DNA of 64,000 nt, from the NCBI GenBank assembly GCA_951406725.2, contig OX597817.1, forward strand, positions 166,718,001 through 166,782,000. The letters run 5' to 3'. Both the position numbers and the translations under genes were made by a program. Source of the stretch: Octopus vulgaris (lineage: Eukaryota). The notes under the pieces were generated by a model. The model had not been told where the DNA came from. It saw nothing but the letters and a program-made list of their open reading frames with translations, and did no database searches. Shown here one piece after another: positions 1-12,544 of this stretch (the first letter of the stretch is position 1; each line of letters begins with the position of its first letter).

Positions 1-48
1 GATTTTTAAAGGAAAGAGAAAGGTGAATAAATACTTGCCATTACATTT

Positions 49-543
49 TTAATCAACCAAATATAAACCATTTTGTTGCACAATGCGTCTAAATCTTCCC
101 TTTAACTTGAAAATACCCTCTTGCCAGAATTGAGGTGATTTCATGGCAAAGAATTTATCAAGGTATCTTTTTACGTCATCCAAGGAATTGAAATTTTTAC
201 AATTAAGACTATTCTGCAGAGACCTGAATAAGTGGAAATCCAAAGGAGCAACATCTGGTGAATATGGAGGGTGGGGTAACACATCCCAACCGAACTGCAG
301 CAATTTTTGTCTTGTTCCCAAAGCATCAAGTGCCGAAAATGAACTTTCTTATCTTCCATTTTAAAGGGTTACAGAATTAACACAGGTTATAGGAACATAA
401 ACCTTCTTCCACGAAAAGATAGCTTAAACTGTACTCTAGATGGAGGCGTAGTCAAATCCTATTTTATGGACTCAACCATGTTCTAAAATAAGTCGAAAGG
501 TAAGCTACTATAAATCGGCACGAACTTTCCGGACAGCCCAATA
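49..543 (-). mobile_element. Internally deleted mariner DNA transposon (5' TIR, transposase N-terminus fused to C-terminal part of the catalytic domain)
   Basis: Minus strand starts TA-TTGGGCTGTCCGGAAAGTTCGTGCCGA (mariner-type TIR, ~514-543). ORF 171-359 opens MEDKKVHFRHLMLWE, and the overlapping frame 49-321 gives GWDVLPHPPYSPDVAPLDFHLFRSLQNSL (YSPDLAP-type motif). Confidence 0.9.
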
Positions 544-711
544 TACTAACTGCTGATACACACACACACGTACTCTCTCTCTCTATCAGTTACTCTCTCT
601 CTCCCTCTCTCACTTCAAAATCTCTCACTCTTTCCTCTTTATTCAAAATTGGATGCATAATTGTATATATATTAATTTCATATTTTAGCAGAAAGCCAAC
701 ATTTCCGAGGG

Positions 712-875
712 AGTGTGCAAGTCGATTACATAGATACCATTGCTCGATTAGTAAATGTTTTTTTAAGACCTCGAAAGTATGAAAGGCAAAGTCAACCTCG
801 GCGGATATTGAACTCAGAACGTAAAGACGGAAGAAATACCGATAAACATTTTTCCTGGCGTGATAACGATTCTGC
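712..875 (-). mobile_element. Decayed tRNA-derived SINE, family S2 (Nin-like domain)
   Basis: gaaaggcaaagtcaacctcggcggatattgaactcagaacgt matches the reverse complement of the S2 copies at 19746 and 24366. Confidence 0.7.
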
Positions 876-920
876 TAATAACCACATGTGAATCGTTGGC
901 GATTTTTTTCCCTCTGTCCC

Positions 921-954
921 GTTTCTGAAGAAGAGCTTTGCTCGAAACGTAAAT
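921..954 (+). ncRNA. Minimal hammerhead ribozyme core (Penelope-type), helix I truncated
   Basis: CTGAAGA-A-GAGC-ttt-GCTC-GAAA-CGTA: both core strands and a 4-bp helix II. The 3' side runs into another repeat. Confidence 0.5.
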
Positions 955-1291
955 TTAATATTTCTATTATTTTAATATTTCTATTATTGAAAACAAGTGG
1001 ATGTATTCCACTGAAACTAGGTAAATATAAGCCTTCGAACAGAGACGTCAGTGGCGACACCTGCGGGTCTGACTGCGCTACATTGACAAGGGGCAATACC
1101 CCGAAACGCGTCTGTAGCTGTCGGACTGGCAGTGTGAAGCGGCTGACCTCCCTTGTTCGAAGGTTATAATGGATACAGATCGTGTATCAATAGCTATCTT
1201 GATGGCGGTGGCCTCATGGAGCTGACCATGGCAGCGATTATTCTTATATCTATAAGAATGCCATATTAATATGGCGATAACAATTAATTTA
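954..1291 (+). mobile_element. Diverged solo copy of the 362-bp hammerhead-bearing unit (retrozyme / Penelope pLTR-like)
   Basis: Colinear with 58312-58626 (ttaatatttctattattgaaaacaagtggatgtattccac ... gaatgccatat...atggcgataac) and ends in (TA)n. Confidence 0.85.
1077..1118 (+). ncRNA. Type I hammerhead ribozyme, U3-A8 core variant
   Basis: GCTACA-TTGACAA-GGGG caata CCCC-GAAA-CGCG-TC-TGTAGC: perfect 6-bp helix I, 4-bp helix II, palindromic minimal helix III, GUC cleavage triplet. Confidence 0.8.
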
Positions 1292-1311
1292 TATATATAT
1301 ATATATATATA

Positions 1312-2258
1312 CAGTAAATACAAAAGAGCCGAAGAACAAACACAAAGCCGAAAGAGGAAGGTGAGCAGCAATGGGTGCTCACCAAAGGATACTAGGGATG
1401 AGGAGGGAAAGGCGAATCTTCCGGCCACGGAGGAGACGCACCCTCCCTCAGTTGAAAAGAAAAAAACAGAAAAAGAGGAAGAGAAACGGGACATTACCGG
1501 CTGTCGGTGACATAGCACCGGGATGTCCCGGAACTACGTCGGTTGGGGTTGTGCCACCGACAGGAGAAGAAATACCGTTGGCGGGAACTGTGTCGCCAAC
1601 GAAAGAATTGAATATCCCGCACCCGAGCAAAAACGAGGTATTGATCCTCTTCTATAGAGGCGGAGAGATTGAAAAGGTGATGGAAAAGCACCACAAGGGA
1701 GCACCTTTAGCCTTCACACAGGACCCCGAATGGCCTCCGCAGGTAGCTGTGGAGGCCGTGACGTTCGACGTGACGCTTGGGCTGAAGGAGCTCAATGAGG
1801 ATTATAGCTTGGTCCCGGGCGACGCTAACTCGGAACTCGATTGCGTTCTGATGGAGGCGTGGTGGATGGTGGAGGGCGCGGACACAAGTTATTTCGAGAA
1901 CGAGTCAAATTGTGATACGACTTGAGGGGCCCCGACCTAGAGCTGGCGTATTCCTAAGGGAAGTGTAAGCCAGGTCTAGGAAGAGGGGCGCTTAATATTG
2001 TATTTATATATGTAATTATTGAACTATGTTGTTATTAGTAATGGACTGCTAAGTCCAAAAATTGAAAAAATTGTAAGAGGTTTAATACCTCGTTTTGTGT
2101 TTGTTTTTAAAAGAACGATGTTTTAGAGAAGCAGAAGTCGGCGGGCGCTTTTTGTCTTCTCCCATCCCCATCATCTTTCTTTCATTATCATTCACTTCAT
2201 TAATGTCCTCGTCCAGCCGGCAAAGCTAACTTACTCTATGTACTGCCTTTATGGCAAA
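1312..2258 (+). mobile_element. Unclassified GC-richer insertion with ORF remnant and 3' hairpin (possible retroelement fragment)
   Basis: Abrupt GC rise after (TA)n, 184-codon ORF 1371-1925, strong stem cctagagctggc...gccaggtctagg just after the stop. No recognisable domain. Confidence 0.35.
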
Positions 2259-2270
2259 TGTTATGAAATA

Positions 2271-2806
<536 letters not shown>

Positions 2807-3399
2807 TATATATATTTATATATACATATATATGTGTGTGTGTGTATACATATGTAACAACATATGTCGTTTTCTCGGACTATTCTTTTCCTTCTCTCCG
2901 GACAGCCATACACGAAACGTCCCGCCCTGCTTTTTTTTCCCCTCTTAAGCCTTCTTGAGTGTCAGTGTAATACATTTACTCTATACGTCCTTTTGACTTT
3001 TGTTGTTTTTCTTGTTCTTGTTTGTATTTTTGATTAGCCTATATATGTATACATCAATGTTTGTTCCTAAGTGAAATTAAAAACACTTTAATATGAAACC
3101 GAGGGATATTTTTTTTGTATAGTTTATGTTTATTAATATTTACAAGGAAAGAGATAACAGTGACTTCGAAGTTTTAGCTGGCATGTTGTCATCAGACTAA
3201 ATACGACTAACTTGCTGAAAATTAGAAGTCACTGAATATGTACTGCAGGTGTATTTGACTGTTATTGTGATATTGGTTATTTTTCACTTAGAAGTCGCTC
3301 AAATAGACGAATGATTAATTAACTTTTACAGGTAGAATTTCTGAGGAGGTAATTCGGTACTGAAAATGCAGGTGTTGCATACCGGAAATTATTCCTACT

Positions 3400-3900
3400 A
3401 CAGATTTCGGAAAATTATTTCAAAGACATGCTTATGAATACGTGCAAATGACTCATGGCTTATATGTGGGTCTAGCTATCAGGCTTAAACAAATACAGGC
3501 GATGCTCATAGAATTATGACGTTTTCTTTCAAACTGTCATACAATCTAGAAGTTTGGCCCATCATTCCATCTTTCAGTGGAATTCGTTTTGTATTCGAAC
3601 CAGGAATTCATTTTGAATTCGAACCAGGCTCACTTTTTTTTCGCTAACCTATGCTTTTCCCTAATAGACTTTCAGATTGAGTATTGACAACACCATTCTC
3701 ATAAGGGGACGTAGGTTCGGCAAATGTTAATGCTTTCTACTTTTATGGCTGACTCATAAAAGCAAATACTGCAATGACAATATTGCTAAAAGTTCGGATT
3801 GCCTTTAAGCTCAAGTGCAATTTGGGAAGTACATTTGTTACTGTAAACAATCTCCTGTGATGTAATTATGTTCATGGCAACTTGCCGATGTCAGGATGTC
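3400..3900 (+). pseudogene. Highly decayed hAT (Buster/SPIN-like) transposase relic
   Basis: tttgggaagtacatttgttactgtaaacaatctcctgtgatg resembles codons of the FGSTYxCEQxFSxM hAT C-terminal motif, with many indels. Confidence 0.3.
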
Positions 3901-4336
3901 AACCACTGTATGTTTGTCTAGTTCCTAATCTTCTCAAGTCATTTTGCTACTTTAATAACACTGAGAATAATTCTTAATGTTCTGTCTGAATACTTTTATG
4001 AGCCACCTTAAACTCTAAAGAAATATTACGATATTTACAGTTAAACAAAGCGAAACGTGCTGTTACAAATAAAATAATACAAACAATAAAGAAGATAAAT
4101 ATATGAAAACTAATTCTCACATATTTTCATTCTTGTAAACAAATCTGCAGGTTTTTCTTTTCTTTCAATGTAAACATAATATTTTTAGTGTTGGATCCCA
4201 GTTTAACTATCAAAACTGAAACTGTATTTTAATTATATTCATGTTCTTATAAAGAGCTTATTTTTTCTGTTTGTCTCTTTATTAATAAAAAATCCTAGAT
4301 CCAGTATTATATTTTTTAAATTATTTTATTAATCTA

Positions 4337-4690
4337 AGATGGCATGCTAGCAGAATCATTAGCATATTGGGCAAAATGTCTTGCGGCATTTCTTCTGGCG
4401 CCTTACGCTGTGAGTTCAAGTCACACTGAGATCAACGTTACCTGTCATTCCTTCCGGTATCGATAAAAGGAAATATTAGTTAAATACTTGGGTCTTTCCG
4501 TTAAAATTTCTAGCTTTGAGTCAAATATTGCTCTCAAATTTTGGCTCAATGCCAGCAATTTTGGTGTAGGCGTAAGTCGATCACATCGACCCCAGGACTC
4601 AATTGTTACTCATTTTATCGAGTTCGAAAGGATAAAAGGTAAAATCGAACTCGGCGGATTTTGAACTCAGAACGAAAAGACGGACAGAAT
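4337..4690. mobile_element. Two decayed S2 SINE copies, tail-to-tail
   Basis: Plus-strand head gatggcatgctagcagaatcattagc (4337-4530), then a minus-strand copy with aaggataaaaggtaaaatcgaactcggcggattttgaactcagaacg. Confidence 0.6.
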
Positions 4691-4973
4691 TATGTTAGTG
4701 TCAGTTCTAAAAACGGTGAATATACCGTGGTACTACTTACATACGAGCACCCAGTACTTCACCTAGCTGTTGTATCAACTCTAGATTCATATTTTACCAA
4801 TTCTGACACATTCAAAATATCAATAAGTAAGCAATGAATACAAACATAGGTACGTACATGCATACCAACATTCATTCATGTATGCATATATATATATAAG
4901 CCATAAATTTTAATGGTAAAAATATATATACTGGTAGACGGAGGTAGTCAAACCACCGACCGTTTGAGTAGTT

Positions 4974-5014
4974 ACTACTGATGATGTCCACAAAACAGGC
5001 GAAACTAGTCTAGT
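4974..5014 (+). ncRNA. Minimal type I hammerhead ribozyme, canonical core
   Basis: ACTA-CTGATGA-T-GTC cacaaaaca GGC-GAAA-CTAG-TC-TAGT, with palindromic helix III (CTAG). Lies in a ~280-bp segment flanked by (TA)n. Confidence 0.65.
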
Positions 5015-5168
5015 CTAGTGATTTTAGTCATGACGCGGCTACTTCCTCTGTCACTGTATATATATTGCGCTCTTACAGCATGAAGAGGGTTTGACTCTTA
5101 ATTCTAGCGATGTAGGTGCTTCTCCTCCCGCTCCAGTCACATGTATTGACGATTAATTTTTTCCTTAG

Positions 5169-5204
<36 letters not shown>

Positions 5205-5225
5205 GTATGCATGTATGTATGTATG

Positions 5226-5302
<77 letters not shown>

Positions 5303-5966
5303 GGCTATATTACGAACTAAGATAAAGACTTCTGTTCTATGAGGTCAATTGACATGCAAGATATAGGAGACGAATTTCTCATCAAACTATACGTCATAAG
5401 CGAAGAACAGATTGAATAATGTATTCTTATATACTATATACGATTATAAAGACGGGATGGTCACGACTGGAATTTCTTTGAATACAGCTTTATAGGTTGA
5501 ATATAGCTTACTAGTTCAGCGAGGGTCGATCTAGAGATAAACATGAATACAAGCATCGTAATCTTTTAGAGAGAATATTAATTTTAGATATCTTTTGACT
5601 TCATTTTTTTTTTATTCAAGAAGAGGACTATAACGCTGTCGAGAGGGAAACGAAAGGGTGTCTTGTTCGTGATTTTCTGTGGGGACTTAAGCGAGAAAAA
5701 AGAGCTGGATATTTCTCGGACAACTGAAGACTTCCTATCAAAAGTCTCGTCGCTTGGTCACCAGATATTGCTACTTATTTTATGTATTGTTATTTATTTT
5801 ATTTTGTTCTATGTATTGTTAATTATGTTATTTTACGTATTTACTTGTTTATTGTTTTGTGTGAGAAGGAAAGGATGTACGTAGACACCAACGAAAAATT
5901 GACTTCAAAGTAAAAATGATTAGAATTTGGAACAGAAAGAAGGAAGAAAACAAGCGATAGCCTACT

Positions 5967-6384
5967 ATACTCTTTACTCTTTTACTCTTTTACTCGTTTC
6001 AGTCATTTGACTGCGGCCATGCTGGAGCACCGCCTTTAGTCGACCAAATCGACCACCCAGGACTTATTCTTTGTAAGCCCAGTACTTATTCTATCGGTCT
6101 CTTTTTGCCGAACCGCTAAGTGACGGGGACGTAAACACACCAGCATCGGTTGTCAAGCAATGCTAGGGGAACAAACACAGACACACAAACACACACACAT
6201 ACATATATATACATATATACGACAGGCTTCTTTCAGTTTCCGTCTACCAAATCCACTCACAAGGCATTGGTCGGCCCGGGGCTATAGCAGAAGACACTTG
6301 CCCAAGATGCCACGCAGTGGGACTGAACCCGGAACCATGTGGTTGGTTAGCAAGCTACTTACCACACAGCCACCCCTGCGCCTA
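5967..6384 (-). mobile_element. tRNA-derived SINE, family S1, full length
   Basis: Reverse complement of 8237-8680, with (TAAAAGAG)n tail and A/B-box head. Confidence 0.92.
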
Positions 6385-6479
6385 TGGAGACATTCTCCAC
6401 CTTCTGTTCGCCGTTTTAGAAATAAGCTTAACGATAAAATACGATACTTATTTTCAAACGTGAAGTTAATTATCTTCCA

Positions 6480-6885
6480 TTTTTATTTTCTAATTTTTAC
6501 TTTCAATTTACAAAATTTTGCCTCGTATTGCTTCACAAATTCATCGATAATTTGTTTAGTCAAAGGGATTTTTTGCTCATTGAGCAATATTCCCAATAAC
6601 ATTCGTTTCTTTATTATGAATAAATAAACGGAGAAAATAAATAAGTAAATAGAATAGAAAAACCAAAAAGTAAATGTATAAATATATAAATGCCGAGGCA
6701 ATTTTCAAATATTCCGAAACCGGATACAAGTACGTCAATCTAATCTGCTTATAGCTGTGTCAACAGAACCGGATTCTGGGTGTGTTTGTCTTCCAAAATG
6801 GAATGGTGCTGTCACGTGACAAGTAAACGCAATGATTGAACTGCAGAAGTTTTCTTTGTCCAAACACGTGACATGAAAAAAAAAA
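6480..6885 (-). repeat. Unclassified dispersed repeat, inverted homolog of 10450-10845
   Basis: ctgcttatagctgtgtcaacag and ggattctgggtgtgtttg are reverse complements of ctgttgacacagctataagcag and caaatacacccagaatcc. Confidence 0.75.
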
Positions 6886-7261
6886 TGCGGACTAGAATAA
6901 TTGTTCTATATTTATACAAGTTCAATTTTATTAATGTTGCGTACTTAAAAACACATGAGTGTGTGTATATTTGCGTGTCTGTATGTCTGTGTGTATGTGT
7001 GCGTGAATGTGCGTGTATGTGTGTTTGCAAGTTTGTATAAGCCTGTATATATATATGCATAATTATATATATAATTATATATTTTTTATAAATAATCGGC
7101 AGAGTGTCTCAAGGGCCAAGAATTTCGTTCATTAACACTTATTTTCTTGTTTGAATACACACGCACGCACACACGCTCAAACACACACGTATATATATAT
7201 ATATATGCGTAAAATTGCAGGTGGATTATATGCGCAAATTTGTATGCATTATATACAGAAT

Positions 7262-7294
<33 letters not shown>

Positions 7295-7575
7295 GCATAA
7301 GTATATATATATATATATATATGCGTAAAATTGCAGGTGTATGTATATATATATATATATCATTTGAATTATGTAAGTAATTCTTTTGTTAAAGGCCGAA
7401 ACCGAGGTATGCATTTAATTCTGTTTTTTATATAAATTTTCATCTGTCCTGCCCGCCAAATTTGGTTCTGGTGTTCGCTGAATTTTTTCCCTAGAGAATT
7501 TTCTTTGTAGTTTGATCGTTGATGATCTATTTCTAGCATACGGCCGACTACCTAGCAGTCTTGCCCTGCCAATAT

Positions 7576-7630
<55 letters not shown>

Positions 7631-7894
7631 CATGTGTGTGTGTGTGTGTGTGTGTATGTGTGTGTGTATTGTGTGTCTATATATATATGTGTGCGTATGC
7701 ATTTGTGTGCGTATGTGTGTGCGTTATTCTATATATCATTATTTTTCTCTGTCTCAATAATCTCCAATAGAAAATTCCTGACATGTCTATCTAACATGTA
7801 AAACTCTGTGATTCTTATTAATAAATGAAAGACGTGTGATGGAGAATGAATAATACGAATAGATTTCCACTTTCCTGTTTTGTTATATTCATAA

Positions 7895-8110
7895 TTAGAT
7901 AGATAGACAGGTAGATATGTTTGTTTATTAGCTACACAGGGCTGAACAGAGAGGGGACAAATTACAAAGTAGAGCTTTTCTTTTTGGAGAGAAAAAAAAA
8001 GAAAAAAAAGAAAAATAGAAAATAAAAAGGGGAGTAGGTTTCCGATCAAAAGGGATCCTAAAAAGAGAGAAAAAAAAAAGAAAAAAGAAAAAAAACGATG
8101 AAAAGGGATC
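7895..8110 (-). mobile_element. 3' end of an unclassified retroelement ending in (TATC)n-like sequence
   Basis: Reverse complement matches 55693-55860 and 56011-56088 (ctctccaaaaagaaaagctcta...ttgtaatttgtccc...tgttcagccctgtg...aataaa). Confidence 0.65.
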
Positions 8111-8236
8111 GTGTATCACAGAAACGTTATGATGTAAAGTGTAAAGTGGGAAGCAGATAAGGTTTATCCATGGAAAGAAAAGCCTATTCATATACGCATA
8201 TGTAAATGTATGCATATATGTAAATATATATACATA

Positions 8237-8399
8237 GGCGCAGGAGTGGCTGTGTGGTAAGTAGCTTGTTTACCAACCACATGGTTCCGGGTTCAGTCCC
8301 ACTGCGTGGCACCTTGGGCAAGTTTCTTCTGCGATAGCCTCGGGCCGACCAAAGCCTTGTGAGTGGATTTGGTAGACGGAAACTGAAAGAAGCCCGTCG

Positions 8400-8465
<66 letters not shown>

Positions 8466-8680
8466 TGTTTGTGTGTCTGTGTTTGTCCCCCTAGCATTGC
8501 TTGACAACCGATGCTGGTGTGTTTATGTCCCCGTTACTTTGCGGTTCGGCAAAAGAGACCGATAGAATAAGTACTGGGCTTACAAAGAATAAGTCCCGGG
8601 GTCGAGTTGCTCGATTAAAGGCGGTGCTCCAGCATGGCCGCAGTCAGATGATTGAAACAAGTAAAAGAGTAAAAGAGTAT
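8237..8680 (+). mobile_element. tRNA-derived SINE, family S1, full length
   Basis: ggcgcaggagTGGCTGTGTGG (A box), GGTTCAGTCCC (B box), ccttgggcaag core, internal (TA)n(TG)n, tail gtaaaagagtaaaagagta. Confidence 0.93.
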
Positions 8681-9169
8681 ATATTTATATTTTTATATCA
8701 TCATATTACAGGTTTTGCCACCTTACCTGTCAAATAGTCGACGCGAAACTGACAGTCACGTTTTAACAACGTTTGACGAAATACAAATATATCATTTCAG
8801 TTACTTACATTGAGTGAACTTTTGTTTCTGACTTATGGAAGACTAACTAATAACAAAGCTTATCTGGTCGAAACTTCGAAGTCACAGTCAATGACATTTT
8901 TGTACGATAATTATAAATTTGTACGCTACAAAAAAAATATAGAGTAACCCATCAGATTTATGTATTTTAATTTAAACTGAAAATTAATAAATGATTTCTC
9001 TGCTTCCCGTTTCCCATGTAGGACTAATTATGGGAAATATTCCCAGTTTTTTTTTTATATATTGCCAGTTTATTAAATTCCAGCTTTCTATAAATTAAGA
9101 ATGAATATTTAATTGTGCAGAGAGGTTTAGCGATGCAAACAGGAAAAATAGAACACAAAACACGTGTAT

Positions 9170-9375
9170 TCTTTTATTCTTTCATATGTTTCAGTCATTT
9201 GGCTCCGGCCATGCTGGATTATCGCCTTGAAGGGTTCTATCCCAGGACTTATTTTTTAAGCATAGTACTTATTGCATCGGACTATTTTGCCGAACGGCTA
9301 AGTTATGGGGATGTAAATGTAGCAACAGCGATTGTCAAGAATGCAGACCCACGGACCCACACACATAGATATATA

Positions 9376-9428
<53 letters not shown>

Positions 9429-9503
9429 TTGATAGATAGATAGATATAGGTATATATAAATATATATATATATATATACATACATACATACACACACACA
9501 TAT

Positions 9504-9560
<57 letters not shown>

Positions 9561-9725
9561 GATGGGATTCTTCCTCTTTCCGTTAACCAAATTCATTCAT
9601 AAGGCTTTGGTCGGCCCGAAGCTATAGTAGAAAACACTTGCCCAACGTGCCACGCAATGGGACTGAACCCGGAATCTCGTAGATGGAAAGCAAACTTCTT
9701 ACTACACAGCCACACCTGCACCTAT
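9170..9725 (-). mobile_element. Older S1 SINE with expanded internal microsatellite
   Basis: Diverged match to both S1 halves around a ~200-bp TA-rich tract. Confidence 0.8.
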
Positions 9726-10318
9726 ATATATGTCTTTTAGTAGTATATATCAGAAAGAAAGTGACTCAAGTACCGAGAGTTTTTGTGCGTTAGCACTTGT
9801 GAAGCTAGTTACAAATCAAAGGGTTATAGGCTTACATACCGGTGATAACATTTCCTTGGATAGTTCTGGAACAAAGTATAAAAGTGTACAAATATAAATC
9901 TATACATTTTAATGTACACACGAATCCTCAAAAAAATATGAAAATGTACATGTATAAGTACACATACATATGATTTGATAACCCATAATAAACGTACACC
10001 AAATATATGCATATATAAGTGTACGTATATCAATATGCGTAAATTAGTGAACACGTAAACGTAAACACACATACATACGTGTGTGTTTGTGTGTATGTAA
10101 GCATAAAAACGTAGCCATACTGAAATACACAGGCACATATTTTAATGTACAAATAATTCAGTCAATACAATAATATGTTTATAAGTGCAGTAGTGGTTGT
10201 GTAACTATAAAATGTACAAATAAGAATGTAGGCGTATAAATGTGCTTATATAAAAGTACATATATTGCTATTTGTGTGTGTATATCTATCTATCTATCAA
10301 CATATATATATGGTTATA

Positions 10319-10395
<77 letters not shown>

Positions 10396-10449
10396 TTAGT
10401 TACACAGCATTAAAAATTTGTCTATGAATATATTACAGTCAGTTTATCC

Positions 10450-10845
10450 AGCCATTTTGTTTCTCGTCACGTGTTTGGAAAAAGATAATTTGTTAAGCTA
10501 CTGCACTTACTTGTCACGTGACGGCACCATTTCATTTTTGGAACAACAAATACACCCAGAATCCCGTCCTGTTGACACAGCTATAAGCAGATTAATTTAA
10601 CGTATTAGCATCCGGTCTCGGAATGTTTGAAAATTGTTCCTTCGTTTATGCATTTACTGATTGATATTAGTTTTTTTTCCCCCTTCTGTTTTATTTATTG
10701 ATTCAAATAAAGAAACGAGCATTATTGAAAATATCACTCAAAGGCCAATATTGCTCTGAACAAACAAATTATCGATGAATTTTGTTAAGCGATACGAAGA
10801 TACGCTTTGCTAATTTAAAGCAATAAATACGAAAATATATAAATA
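10450..10845 (+). repeat. Unclassified dispersed repeat, inverted homolog of 6480-6885
   Basis: Extended reverse-complement similarity including ttacttgtcacgtgac. Confidence 0.75.
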
Positions 10846-11377
10846 ATGAAATTGCATTGCGCATTAGAAAATGTATCGTGTTAATATTAAACTTTTTTCC
10901 AAAACAAAGCATAAATATATATATATCATCAGCAGGTGAGTAACAATGCCCATCAAATTCTATTTTTGCCATTTACTTTCACTTCCAAATTGCAGCCATT
11001 TTTCGTCTTTGACGTCAAATTTTCCTTTCTACCGAGTCCGGGTTTTGAAGGCGAGTTTTCTCTATATTTTTGTCTCCGTTTGCATCCATGTAGTTTTATT
11101 TTTCTATTTATGCCCCTGAGAAAGGCATGATTCTCACACAATTTCGTTTCTCGCTTTAGAATTTTGTCCTCTTCTTTCTCAACAAGTAATTATATCGGGA
11201 AATAACTAAAAGCAAATAAAAGAAAAATAGTTTCTCCTTTACATTAATATTGTCGTTGCTGTCGTTTACCCACAGGACAAACCAGTCCCGAAAAACCTAC
11301 GATCGAAAACATTCCAGATGTGACCATACTCCTCTGTCTTAATCAAGGAAGTACACTTTCGTCAAAGTATTATTAAA

Positions 11378-11718
11378 GTCTTCTACTATAGCCTCGGGCT
11401 GACCAAAGCCTTGTGAGTGGATTTGGTAGACTAGACGGAAACTGAAAGAAGCCCGTCGTATATATGTATATATATATATATGTATATATGTATGTGTGTG
11501 TATATGTTTGTGTGTCTGTGTTTGTTCCCCCAACATCGTTTGACAGCCGATGCTGCTGTGTTTACGTCCCCGTAATTTAGCGGTTCGGCAAAAGAGACCG
11601 CTGGAATAAGTACTAAGCTTACAAAGAATAAATCCTGGGGTCGATTTGCTCAACCAAAGGCGGTGCTGCAGCATGGCCACAGCCACATGACTGAAACAAG
11701 TAAACGAGTAAAAGAGTA
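11378..11718 (+). mobile_element. 5'-truncated S1 SINE
   Basis: Starts at gtcttctactatagcctcggg and ends gtaaacgagtaaaagagta. Confidence 0.85.
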
Positions 11719-11950
11719 TGTGTCATAATTTAATACCATGTAGAAATACATTAGCTAATGTGTCCTTCCTTGAATAAGAACAGAGTATGATATTGCTGCG
11801 GTTATTGTTTATCAGTTTAGAAACCCAAACACTCACTCACTCTCTCCCTCGCTCTTTCTCTCTCTCTTGCTCTCTTTCCTCCTCTGTGCATATATGCATG
11901 TTTATAAATACATACACATAATATTGGTTTCTATGTCAAGCTATGCAAAG

Positions 11951-12172
<222 letters not shown>

Positions 12173-12214
12173 AATATATATATATATGTATGTATATATT
12201 TATAAATATGTATA

Positions 12215-12277
<63 letters not shown>

Positions 12278-12278
12278 G

Positions 12279-12341
<63 letters not shown>

Positions 12342-12345
12342 TATA

Positions 12346-12472
12346 TTTGCTTCCCAACCACATGGTTCCGGGTTCAGTTCCACTGCGTGGGCCCTTAGGT
12401 AGGTGTTTCTACCTCGCACCGACCAAAGCCTTGTGAGTTGATCTGGTAGACAGAAAATGAAAGAAGCCCATC

Positions 12473-12475
<3 letters not shown>
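12346..12475 (+). mobile_element. Partial S1 SINE (5' half)
   Basis: ccaaccacatggttccgggttcagttccactgcgtgg...aagaagccc. Confidence 0.75.

Positions 12476-12544
<69 letters not shown>

Noticed and set aside
2868-2935. gaaacgtc motif suggesting another hammerhead
   Set aside because: No CUGANGA-like box or helix II upstream.
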